Source: Polyangiaceae bacterium (GTDB lineage: Bacteria; Myxococcota_A; Polyangia; Polyangiales; Polyangiaceae). From it: 64,000 nucleotides of DNA. The notes beneath the pieces were generated by a model, which did no database searches, was not told the DNA's origin, and worked only from the letters and a program-made list of their open reading frames with translations. Below are positions 34,708-43,595 of this stretch, in pieces. The position numbers were made by a program, and so were the translations under genes. Location: NCBI GenBank assembly GCA_044376115.1, contig JBILLK010000019.1, positions 148,740 through 212,739 of the forward strand, read 5' to 3'. Every line of letters begins with the position of its first letter. Positions within the stretch are counted from its first letter, which is position 1.

Positions 34708-37047
34708 TTATTCGGAGGGCGAGGAGGGAATGCCGTCGGCTTGCTCGTCGGAGGGGACTTCACCGTCGGTGAGCGGAGCCGCAGTCGGCGACTTGGGCGT
34801 GGCGCTGGGAGCGACGGGAGCCGGTGCCGGCTTCTTCTTGTCCTTCTTCGGCGACTTGCCCATGCGCTTGAGCAGCGCTTCATTCTTCTCGGTGGAGTGA
34901 CCACGTTTGGCCAGGACGAACTCGCCGGCCTCGGCCACCACGCCGAACTTTTTGTTCTCGAGCAAGGGCCTTACTTTGGGTAGCTCTTTGGCGGTGAGCG
35001 CGCGCGGAAACAGGATGTATTCGGCGTTTTTCACGCCGACGGTGCGCAACGTGTAGGCGTTGGGCCGGTTGGAGATCTGCGGCAACGTGAACTCGCTGGC
35101 TGCCACGATCGCCTTCGGCGGGATCTGCGCGATCAGCGTATGCAGATCATTGTAGCGGGCGATGTCCGCGGGCTTGCGCTCGAACTGGAACTTCCAGAAG
35201 CCGCCTTGCGCTGTGTTGTGCTGGAAGATGCCGCCGTGCTGGTAGGAGTTGCACATCATGCCGACGGTGATGGCGAACAGCCACGAGCTGACGCGCTGCT
35301 TGCCGAACAGGTCCCCAGCGAAGCGAGGCCGCTGCTCGTCGGTCAGCACCACCACCGAGCCGAGGAACATCGAGATCGCCCAGTGGGAGGTGTACTGGAA
35401 GGAGATGCTGGTGCTGGCGTAGCGGCTGGAGAGCAGCGTCATCAGCACACCGGGCACGGCGAACAAGAAGCCGACCGGCCGGCGTAGCGGCAGGAACACG
35501 AAGGGCGACATCACCTGCAGGACGTAGATGGTCTTCTTGCTGGTGAGCAGCGTGCTCAGCGTGAAGCCTGGGTTCGAAAGCACGGTGGCGAGCACGCCGG
35601 TGAAACCCTTGAAGCCGGTGGCTGGACGCAGGTCTTTGTAGACGTGGATGAAGGACTCTTCACCGCCGCGGAAGATCGGCATCAGCACCATCTTCATGGT
35701 GATGAAGTAGGAGAAGCCAGCGAGCGCCATCACCGCACCGGCCTTCGGGTTGGTCTTGGTGAGCACGAAGTACGCGCCTGCCGCGAAGATGCAGAGCGCG
35801 ATGTCTTCACGCACCGAGAGGGCCAAGAGCACCGTGAGCACCGCCCAGCGGTAGCGCTTGGTGTCCACCAAAAACACCGACCAAAAAACGAAGCCGATGC
35901 CCAGCGGCGGGTAGTGGAAGTCGTAGAAGTTGGCGCCGTGAATCGGGGCGTAGAACACGAACAGCGACGCGAGCAGCGCGCCGCGCCAGGGGCCGATGCG
36001 GTTCTTCGCGAACAGAAACAGCGGGATCACCGCCGCGCCGATCAGCACCGACTGGATGATGAGCAGCGTCTCTGCGCGCTGGGAGATGGCGTAGAAAGGC
36101 GCCAATACGAAGGCGAACAGTGTGGCGTGATGGCCGATGTGCGAGCCCTCCGGGCCGAACACCGGTGAGGCCTTCATCATGTGGCCGCGCAGACAGTTGT
36201 AGACGATGTTGTCTTCGATCCCGAGGTCGTACGAGGCGGTGCGCAGGTTGTGATGGTTCTGCACCGTGTAGAAGGAGAAGTACGCTGCGTAGAAGGCGAA
36301 GCCGCTCAGCACCACCGCCCACGGAATGCGGCGCTGATGGCGCTCACCGAAGGCCAGCACCTTGTCACGCAGCGCCGCCGCGCGAGCTCCCAGCGGCACC
36401 GGGGCGGTTAGCGAGCGGAAGAAGAGCTTCTGCGACGTCCACGAGGTGAACAGGGCGAGCACCAGGAACTGCATGTCCGCGCCCTTCCACAGCTCCCAGC
36501 GAAACATCAGCGGGATCACGGCAACCAGCGTGAGCGGGGAGAGCCGCCAGGCCATCGACTCCATCGCTTGGGTAGCGGCCAGCAGATTCTTGCGTCGCGG
36601 CAGCAGGTAAACGAGCGCCAAGAGCAGTGGAATGACCACGCCAACGCCGACGTACTTCAGCACCGCGCGGCGTTCGGGGCCGCCCAGCGTGTTGCTGCGT
36701 ACGAAGTTGAGGAGCGCGTCTCCCAGCGACCGCTGCCACAAGAAGAGCCCGATCGAAGCGCCGATGCCCATCAACAGGGCGAGGCCGCGCAGGAAGAGCG
36801 CGAGCGTCTCCGCGCCAGGATCCGCAAGCTCTTGCGAACCACCTTGAGCTTGCGACGCAGCAGGGGCTTGAGCCTCGGACTGCGTCTTCGCCGCACCGGC
36901 GTCCGCCACCGGCTTGCTCACCGGGGCTGCTTCAGACGTGCTGTCTGCTGCGGGCTCCTCCGCTTCGGGCGTGGGCTCTACTGTTTCCTCGGCTCCCGAA
37001 CTCTCGTCGGGAGGAGGTGACTGCTCCGCAGACGACTGGTCAGACAC
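34708..37047 (-). CDS. DUF2079-family multi-pass membrane protein (GT-C-like)
   Basis: YDLGIED, HIGHH, YDFHYP, VREDI, FQY motifs; more than 10 TM segments; start GTG 37047 or ATG 37065. Confidence 0.8.
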   Translation of the reverse strand: MSDQSSAEQSPPPDESSGAEETVEPTPEAEEPAADSTSEAAPVSKPVADAGAAKTQSEAQAPAASQAQGGSQELADPGAETLALFLRGLALLMGIGASIGLFLWQRSLGDALLNFVRSNTLGGPERRAVLKYVGVGVVIPLLLALVYLLPRRKNLLAATQAMESMAWRLSPLTLVAVIPLMFRWELWKGADMQFLVLALFTSWTSQKLFFRSLTAPVPLGARAAALRDKVLAFGERHQRRIPWAVVLSGFAFYAAYFSFYTVQNHHNLRTASYDLGIEDNIVYNCLRGHMMKASPVFGPEGSHIGHHATLFAFVLAPFYAISQRAETLLIIQSVLIGAAVIPLFLFAKNRIGPWRGALLASLFVFYAPIHGANFYDFHYPPLGIGFVFWSVFLVDTKRYRWAVLTVLLALSVREDIALCIFAAGAYFVLTKTNPKAGAVMALAGFSYFITMKMVLMPIFRGGEESFIHVYKDLRPATGFKGFTGVLATVLSNPGFTLSTLLTSKKTIYVLQVMSPFVFLPLRRPVGFLFAVPGVLMTLLSSRYASTSISFQYTSHWAISMFLGSVVVLTDEQRPRFAGDLFGKQRVSSWLFAITVGMMCNSYQHGGIFQHNTAQGGFWKFQFERKPADIARYNDLHTLIAQIPPKAIVAASEFTLPQISNRPNAYTLRTVGVKNAEYILFPRALTAKELPKVRPLLENKKFGVVAEAGEFVLAKRGHSTEKNEALLKRMGKSPKKDKKKPAPAPVAPSATPKSPTAAPLTDGEVPSDEQADGIPSSPSE

Positions 37048-37123
37048 CGGGCCCTCATACCACATCCGCTATAGGTGCATAGCTGCGAGCCGCTGCGCGG
37101 CCCCGCTGAGGAGCCGGAGCGGC

Positions 37124-39343
37124 CTATTGAAAGCTGCGAATCTCCCAGAGATTGCCGCGCAGCCCGGCCTTGAGCGTGGCCGTCAGCTCCTCCACCAGCT
37201 GCGGGTTGCCGCTGGCGATGTCGTTGGTTTGGCCCGGGTCTTCCACGTCATTGAAGAGCTCGGTCTTGTCGCTTAGGGCCTCATGCACGAGGGTGTACTT
37301 CTCGGTGCTGACCGAGCGGGTAAAGAAGTTGGTGCGCCCGCGCATCAGCTGAAAGATCGAACAGAAGATCGGCCGCTCTGGCTGAACGTGCTCGCGCGCC
37401 AGCACCGGTACGAACAGACTCTGGCCGTCGAACTCGAGCTTGTTCTTGGGCAGTTGCAGGGCCTCCACGAGGGTTGGCGCAATATCCACGAGCGCGACGC
37501 GGTCTTCGATTCGCGCCGGCGCGACGCCGGGAATGCGCACGATCAGCGGCACGTGCACCGACTCGACGTAGCAGGCGAGCGAGTGGATGGTGTTGCCGTG
37601 CTCCTCGAACTCTTCACCGTGGTCGGCGGTGATGATCAGCACCGTCTCGTCCCATAGCTCCTTGTTCTTGAGATGGGCAGTGAGCACGCGCAGCAGGTTG
37701 TCCAGGCTGGCGATGCAGCGATCGTAGCTGCCGATATCTTTGGTGGCGCCGTTGAAGTTGGGCACCGAGCGACCTTTGTGGGCCTTGTACGGGTGGTGCA
37801 CGTCGTCGAAGTGCACGGTGATGAAGAAGGGCTTGTTCTCGTTCTGCGCGCGTTCGATCTCGGCGATGGCCAGGCCAACGGCGTGATCCCCGCTGTGCCA
37901 ATCCGCCCCTTTGGGCGTGGCCATCACGTGCTGAAACGGCTTCTGCATGCCGGTAAGGCCTTTCTTCACGTACTGGTTGATCACCAGGCTGGTGGAGTAG
38001 CCCTCTTGTTTGAGCAACGTCGGCAACATGCCGACCGACGGCGCAGGGTCTGGCCCTTTCTTCCACTCCATGGTGTCGGGTAGGCGGCCACTGAGCATGC
38101 TGGGCATGCTCAGCCGGGTGGTGGAAGCTTGCGAGTAGGCGCGCGTGAAGACCCAGCTCTCCTTGCCGATCTCGTCGATATGGGGGCTGGTCTCCTTGCT
38201 GTAGCCGTAGAGGCCGAGGTGGTCGGCGCGCAGCGAGTCCACCACCAGCCAAACGACGTTGAGCGGCTTTTTGCCTTCGCGAGGCGCGCGATCGGAGAAG
38301 GTCTTCAGCTCGAGTAGCGCCGATTCGCTGGCGTCGGCGCCGCTGCAATCTTCGTCGATGCCGTTGCCGGGGACGTCTTTGGTTGAGGGCGAGCGTCGCC
38401 CATCGAAGGGCGCACAATCTTTGCCACCGTAGAGCGAGGAGATGCCGTCGCGATCGACGTCGGTCAGGGTGCGTACGGCTCCGGCGGCGACCGGCAACAG
38501 ATGGCCCTCTGCGGTGACCGCGGTGGCGCCCTTCCAACGCGAGCTGACCAGCACCCCGGCGATCACCCCGCCGAGGACCAATGCGCGCGCCGCCCAACCG
38601 AGCGCCAAGCTCAGCCGCGGGCCGGCCAGCCGCTTGGGCCGTGCATCCCAAAGACGCAGGAAAAAGCCTTGCACGGCGACGAACAGAATCGCGCCGAAGG
38701 GTACGCTGAGGACGCCGAGCTGCACGCCGTGCTCTTGGAACAGCGACACCAGGCCGTAGCCCAGCGGCAAGAGTACGAACAGCAGGTAGCGCAGCCAGCT
38801 CCAGCGCGGAAAGGGCAAGCCGACGCGGCGGTCGAAGGCGGCCACGGCTCGCAACATCAGGCCGCGCAGGATACTGCCGGCGAGCACCAGCCCCACGCCG
38901 AACAGCCCCACGCCGAGCAGCAACATGCTGTTCGCGAGCTCCGGATCTTTGATCGAGGTCAGCCCCGCGACGAGCAACTTGAGCGCGAGCACGCCCAGTG
39001 CGGTGAGCACGGTCAATAGGCCGAGGAAGGCGTGCAGGCGCACCACCGGCTCGCGGTCGGCTGCGCGATCGCTCGACAAACTGGCTGCGATACGCGAACT
39101 CACGCCGAACCTCGAGAGCAGCCGCCCGGCCTCGTACACGAGCAGCCCTTGCAGCAAGCCGAACAGCGCGCCGACCACCACCACAAGCCCGGCGCCGAGC
39201 AACACGCCGTTGGCCAGCGATAGCTTCAAGCCGCGAGCGCTGAGTGCACCGTCCACCGCGCCCGCGAGCAGCGCGGTCAACGCCGCAACCTGGAAATGTC
39301 GGACGGCCGTCTGGAGTCGGCTCTTGGGGCTGGGTTCAGTCAT
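37124..39343 (-). CDS. Membrane-anchored sulfatase-superfamily hydrolase/transferase
   Basis: N-terminal TM bundle, PGNGIDEDCSGAD motif, VDSLRADH, STTRLS, DVHHPY, TADHGE, HVPL. Confidence 0.88.
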   Translation of the reverse strand: MTEPSPKSRLQTAVRHFQVAALTALLAGAVDGALSARGLKLSLANGVLLGAGLVVVVGALFGLLQGLLVYEAGRLLSRFGVSSRIAASLSSDRAADREPVVRLHAFLGLLTVLTALGVLALKLLVAGLTSIKDPELANSMLLLGVGLFGVGLVLAGSILRGLMLRAVAAFDRRVGLPFPRWSWLRYLLFVLLPLGYGLVSLFQEHGVQLGVLSVPFGAILFVAVQGFFLRLWDARPKRLAGPRLSLALGWAARALVLGGVIAGVLVSSRWKGATAVTAEGHLLPVAAGAVRTLTDVDRDGISSLYGGKDCAPFDGRRSPSTKDVPGNGIDEDCSGADASESALLELKTFSDRAPREGKKPLNVVWLVVDSLRADHLGLYGYSKETSPHIDEIGKESWVFTRAYSQASTTRLSMPSMLSGRLPDTMEWKKGPDPAPSVGMLPTLLKQEGYSTSLVINQYVKKGLTGMQKPFQHVMATPKGADWHSGDHAVGLAIAEIERAQNENKPFFITVHFDDVHHPYKAHKGRSVPNFNGATKDIGSYDRCIASLDNLLRVLTAHLKNKELWDETVLIITADHGEEFEEHGNTIHSLACYVESVHVPLIVRIPGVAPARIEDRVALVDIAPTLVEALQLPKNKLEFDGQSLFVPVLAREHVQPERPIFCSIFQLMRGRTNFFTRSVSTEKYTLVHEALSDKTELFNDVEDPGQTNDIASGNPQLVEELTATLKAGLRGNLWEIRSFQ

Positions 39344-39493
39344 GGTTGGGCCGGCGTCGAGCGGGCGGCGTCACGGCAGCGGTTGGCACTAGCACAAAGG
39401 CTCGTCGCGTAGATGGGCGATCCGCGCTCGGGGCGCCCGAACGGCCCCTGCGAGCCCTTGCCTCCGTTGCTCATTCGGGCCTAAACCAGCGCC

Positions 39494-40672
39494 ATGCCGG
39501 AGCCCGTCAACCTCGACACCCTGATCGCCATCGACCACCTGCTGAGCGAGGAGGACAAGCTCGTCCGCGCGAGTGTGCGCCGCTTCGTCAAAGAGCGCTA
39601 TTTGCCGCGTGCGGCTGAGCTTTTTGCCAAGGAGGAGTTCCCGGCCGATCTGATCCCGGAGCTGGGCGAGCTCGGCCTGTTGGGCGCCTCGCTGAGCGGC
39701 TACGGCTGCGCCGGCATGTCGCCGACGAGCTACGGCTTGGCGTTGGAAGAGCTCGAGTACGGGGACAGCGGTCTGCGCAGCTTTGCCAGCGTGCAAGGCA
39801 GCTTGGCGATGTACCCGATCTGGAAGTACGGCAGCGAGGAGCAGAAGCAGAAGTTCTTGCCCAAGATGGCCAAAGGCGAGTGGGTCGGTTGCTTCGGCCT
39901 GACCGAGCCGGACGCCGGCAGTGACCCGGGGGCGATGACCACGCGCGCCAAGAAAGACGGCTCCGATTGGATCCTCACCGGCACCAAGATGTGGATCACC
40001 AGCTCGCCGATCGCGCAGTTGGCGGTGGTCTGGGCCAAGACCGACGACGGGGATGCCTCGTCGATTCGCGGCTACATCGTCGAGCGCGGGATGAAGGGCC
40101 TGGAGACCCCGCTGGTGCACGGCAAGATGAGCCTGCGCGCCTCACCGACGGGTGAGATCGTGCTCAACGAGGTGCGCGTCCCGCAAGAGAACGTGCTGCC
40201 AGGCGTGGTCGGTTTGAAGGGGCCGCTCTCGTGTTTGAGCCAAGCTCGCTTCGGCATCAGCTTTGGGGCGTTGGGAGCGGCGCGGGCCTGTTTCGACAGC
40301 GTGCTCTCCTACTCGCGGGAGCGCGTGACCTTCGGCAAGCCGATCGCCGCGAAGCAATTGGTGCAGCAGCACCTGGCCGAGATGGCGCTCGAGATCGCCA
40401 AAGGCAAGCTGATGGCGCTGCACTTTGCGCGCATCAAAGCCGAGAAGGATCTGCTGCCGGCGCAGGTTTCGTTGTGCAAAAAGAACAACGTCAAGATCGC
40501 GCTCGAGATCGCCCGCACCGCGCGCGCCATTTTGGGCGGCAACGGCATCCTGCTCGAGTACCCGGTGATCCGGCACATGCTCAACCTCGAGAGCGTCTAC
40601 ACCTATGAAGGCACCGACGAGGTGCACACGTTGATCCTCGGTCAGACGCTGACCGGTCATAACGCTTTCTAA
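39494..40672 (+). CDS. Acyl-CoA dehydrogenase, glutaryl-CoA dehydrogenase-like
   Basis: GCFGLTEPDAGSDP, KMWIT, KMSLRASPTG, LGGNGI, NLESVYTYEGT. Confidence 0.9.
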   Translation: MPEPVNLDTLIAIDHLLSEEDKLVRASVRRFVKERYLPRAAELFAKEEFPADLIPELGELGLLGASLSGYGCAGMSPTSYGLALEELEYGDSGLRSFASVQGSLAMYPIWKYGSEEQKQKFLPKMAKGEWVGCFGLTEPDAGSDPGAMTTRAKKDGSDWILTGTKMWITSSPIAQLAVVWAKTDDGDASSIRGYIVERGMKGLETPLVHGKMSLRASPTGEIVLNEVRVPQENVLPGVVGLKGPLSCLSQARFGISFGALGAARACFDSVLSYSRERVTFGKPIAAKQLVQQHLAEMALEIAKGKLMALHFARIKAEKDLLPAQVSLCKKNNVKIALEIARTARAILGGNGILLEYPVIRHMLNLESVYTYEGTDEVHTLILGQTLTGHNAF

Positions 40673-40683
40673 GGAGCACCGCT

Positions 40684-41373
40684 GTGAGCGAGCCGAGCTT
40701 TGACGCCTACCGCAATAGCTACGACGACGTCGTTCAAGACTCGATCGCCTTCTCCGGGCTGAAGCACGACTTCTTCCTGACCGCCAAGGTGGACCTCCTG
40801 CGCGAGGTGTTCGCCGCGAGCTTCGGCGCGGAGACCAAGCCGGCGCTGCTCGACGTGGGCTGCGGCGTGGGCAAGATGCATAGCCTGCTCCGGCCGCTGG
40901 TCGGCTCGCTGTCCGGTACGGATCTTTCGACCCAATCGCTCGAGCGTGCGCGGACCGAGCACCCCTGGGCGGAGTATCGCGACGGGGTGGATAGCAAGTT
41001 GCCCTTCGCAGACGCGAGCTTCGACGTGGCGACGGCTGTATGCGTGGTGCATCACGTGCCGCCGGCCGCCTGGACCGAGTTCGTGCGCGAGATGCGCCGG
41101 GTGGTTCGGCCGGGCGGGCGGGTGATCTTGATCGAGCACAACCCGTGGAACCCGCTCACTCGGCTCTCGGTGGCGCGTTGCCCGTTCGACGATGACGCGG
41201 TGCTGCTCGACAGTCGGCGGGCGCGGCAGCTGCTGCTCGACGCAGGGCTCACGCCCGAACCGGCACAGCACTTCTTGGTCTTTCCCACCGGCCATCGTTT
41301 GGGCCGCAAGCTGGAGGCCAAGCTCAGCGGCTTGCCGGTGGGCGCGCAGTATCTCGTGGTTGGGCGTGTCTGA
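40684..41373 (+). CDS. Class I SAM-dependent methyltransferase
   Basis: LLDVGCGVG, LPFADASFD, VVRPGG, EHNPWNP. Confidence 0.9.
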   Translation: MSEPSFDAYRNSYDDVVQDSIAFSGLKHDFFLTAKVDLLREVFAASFGAETKPALLDVGCGVGKMHSLLRPLVGSLSGTDLSTQSLERARTEHPWAEYRDGVDSKLPFADASFDVATAVCVVHHVPPAAWTEFVREMRRVVRPGGRVILIEHNPWNPLTRLSVARCPFDDDAVLLDSRRARQLLLDAGLTPEPAQHFLVFPTGHRLGRKLEAKLSGLPVGAQYLVVGRV

Positions 41374-41806
41374 AGCAGGCAGCTCCGAACCGGCGCGCAT
41401 CTCGCGCTTTGCCCTGGTCGGAGTCGTCTCCACGCTGCTGTACGCCCTGCTCGCGATGGCCCTCTCCGAGCTCACCCGCTGGCCGGCGGCGGTGGGCTCG
41501 CTCGTGGCCTACGTACTCGCAGGCGTGTTCTCGTATACCGCGCATCGCTCCTTCACCTTTCGCTCCGACCGTTCGCATCGAGAGGCTGCCCCGCGTTTCA
41601 TTGGTCTTTCGCTCGTGGGGTACGGCATCGCCACGGCGGCTCCGCTGCTGCTCACCGACTGGGCTGGCCTGCCCAACGTATTTGCGGTTGCGCTGACCTC
41701 GCTGGTCGTGCCGGCGCTCAACTTCGTGCTGATGCGGGCCATGGTGTTCGTGAGGCCGAGCGGCCAGGTCGAGTCGCAGGTGATTGGCACCGGCCATGAT
41801 CGTTGA
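41366..41806 (+). CDS. GtrA-family small flippase
   Basis: RFALVG..ST..Y, HRSFTF, NF...R.MVF; four TM segments; GTG 41366 overlaps the upstream stop. Confidence 0.85.
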   Translation: MSEAGSSEPARISRFALVGVVSTLLYALLAMALSELTRWPAAVGSLVAYVLAGVFSYTAHRSFTFRSDRSHREAAPRFIGLSLVGYGIATAAPLLLTDWAGLPNVFAVALTSLVVPALNFVLMRAMVFVRPSGQVESQVIGTGHDR

Positions 41807-41839
41807 AGAGCTGCAGCGCGTGCCGGGAAGGCGCTGCTC

Positions 41840-42733
41840 GTGAAGTCGGTGCTCGTGACCGGCGCTGCTGGCAACGTTGGCCGCGAAGTCGTGCTGGCGC
41901 TGCTGCAGCGAGGCGCTCGCGTGGTCGCCGCGGATCATCGCAGCGATCGGGTGAGGACGCTGTTCGGTGAAAGCGTGGTCGCCTCCCGGCTCGACTTTCT
42001 CGACCGCGGGACTTGGGCAGCTGCGCTGCAGGGAGCCGAGCAGCTGTTCTTGCTGCGACCTCCGGCGATCTCCGACGTCGAGAACAACCTCAACCCGTTC
42101 GTGGATTTTGCGCGCAGCCAAGGCATCGACCATGTGGTCTTTCTTTCGGTGGCCGGCGTGGAGAAGAACCGCTTCGTCCCGCATCGCAAAGTGGAAGACC
42201 ATCTGCGGGCTCGCGGGGACCACCACACCTTTCTGCGGCCAGGGTTCTTCGCGCAGAACCTGGAGACTTCCTATCGTGAGGACCTCGCGCAAGAGGACCG
42301 TATCTACGTTCCGGCCGGCCAAAGCTTGGTCAACTGGATCGACGTGCGCGATATCGCGGTGGTCGCGGCGCTGGTCTTCGATGAGCCAGAAGAGCATCGC
42401 GCTCAGGGTTACACGCTGACCGGCCCGGGGCCGATCCCGTGGTCGGACGTAATCGCCGCGCTCTCCCATTCGTTGGGCCGACCGATTCGCTACGAACCGG
42501 CCTCGATCCTCGGCTACGTGCGCCATCTCTCCGCGCGCGGGCTGCCTCGCGGGGCCGTCCTCGTGCAAACCATTCTGCATGTGCTGTTGCGCTTCGGGCA
42601 GGGAGCGACCTTCGATCCAACGATGGAGCGGCTGCTCGGCAGGCCTGGCCGCAGCATGAGCGCGTACATCGCCGAGCATGCGTCGCTTTGGGCCAAGCCG
42701 TGCGGCAGCGAGCCAGGGAACGGCCGCCGATGA
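41840..42733 (+). CDS. NmrA-family NAD(P)-binding protein
   Basis: VLVTGAAGNVG, LRPGFFAQN, IDVRDIA. Confidence 0.88.
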   Translation: MKSVLVTGAAGNVGREVVLALLQRGARVVAADHRSDRVRTLFGESVVASRLDFLDRGTWAAALQGAEQLFLLRPPAISDVENNLNPFVDFARSQGIDHVVFLSVAGVEKNRFVPHRKVEDHLRARGDHHTFLRPGFFAQNLETSYREDLAQEDRIYVPAGQSLVNWIDVRDIAVVAALVFDEPEEHRAQGYTLTGPGPIPWSDVIAALSHSLGRPIRYEPASILGYVRHLSARGLPRGAVLVQTILHVLLRFGQGATFDPTMERLLGRPGRSMSAYIAEHASLWAKPCGSEPGNGRR

Positions 42734-43110
42734 TGGTCGAGGTCTTGGTGGTGGGCGTCTTGCTGCAGAGTGTGGGCCTCGGGCTCGGGGCCCAGCGCTG
42801 GGCTTTCCAGCGGTCGGCGCGCAAGCTTCGGGGCAGAGTGGTGGAGCGTCGCATCACCCGGCGTTCGGGCACCATGTTGCACGCTCCGACCATCGAGTTC
42901 AGCGTCGGTGAGCAGGTGCATCGCTACGAGAGCGGCATGTTTGGCACCGGCTGCCCAGAGCTCGGCGCCGAGGTCGAGCTGTTGGTCCACCCAGAGGACG
43001 CGGGCATCGTGGTGATCCGCGGCTGGTCGGGCGGTAGCACGGCTGCCGTGGTCCTGTTTGTGATCGGGACGGTGCTTAGCGTTGCAGGGTTGTTCGCCGA
43101 GCCGAGTTAG
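42730..43110 (+). CDS. DUF3592-like small membrane protein
   Basis: TM - beta-rich core (GRVV, P.IEF, G.EVELLV.P) - TM; ATGA overlap with the upstream gene. Confidence 0.65.
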   Translation: MMVEVLVVGVLLQSVGLGLGAQRWAFQRSARKLRGRVVERRITRRSGTMLHAPTIEFSVGEQVHRYESGMFGTGCPELGAEVELLVHPEDAGIVVIRGWSGGSTAAVVLFVIGTVLSVAGLFAEPS

Positions 43111-43181
43111 CAGCAGGGCAATTCGCGAAGCGCGAAGCGATGCGGACTTGGGCTGCGGGCGCGCAGGTCGGCTCGGGCGAA

Positions 43182-43595
43182 TCAGAAGCGCGTTGGCGGC
43201 GTACCGATCGGCGGGTCGTCGTCCCCTCCCTCGATCAGCCGCCACAAGAAGATCCCAAAGGCCGACATCAACAGCGCCGCAAACGAGAGACCCGCGTTGC
43301 CGAATACGAAGTGGAGGACTCCAGGCGGCGCGCTGAGTGCGAAGGCGCCGAGCGTCCAGCGTCGCCACGGCAACTCTTTGTGGACGCGTTGCGAGCGGGC
43401 GATCGCGAGGTCGATGCGAACGTTGGCGAGCTTGCTGTCGAGCTGTTGGAGCTCGTGCTTGTGGTGAGCCGTGAGGTCCTGTGCACGGTAGTCGAGGCGC
43501 TGTTTGGGCGGTTGCAGCAGCTTCGGGGGAGTCGCTTGGGGCGCGCGACCTTCGAGTTCATCGAGCTCCGCTTCGGCCTCGCAGAGCTCGCGGCG
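43182..43595 (-). pseudogene. Headless 3' gene fragment (coiled coil plus two TM segments)
   Basis: The frame of the 63-aa ORF stays open and protein-like upstream (RRELCEAEAELDELEG...ELQQLDSKLANVRIDLAIARS) but has no start codon before running into the kinase gene. Confidence 0.6.

Noticed and set aside
43182..43373. Independent 63-aa membrane protein starting at TTG 43373
   Set aside because: The coding signal continues about 74 codons further upstream, so it is better explained as the tail of a truncated gene.
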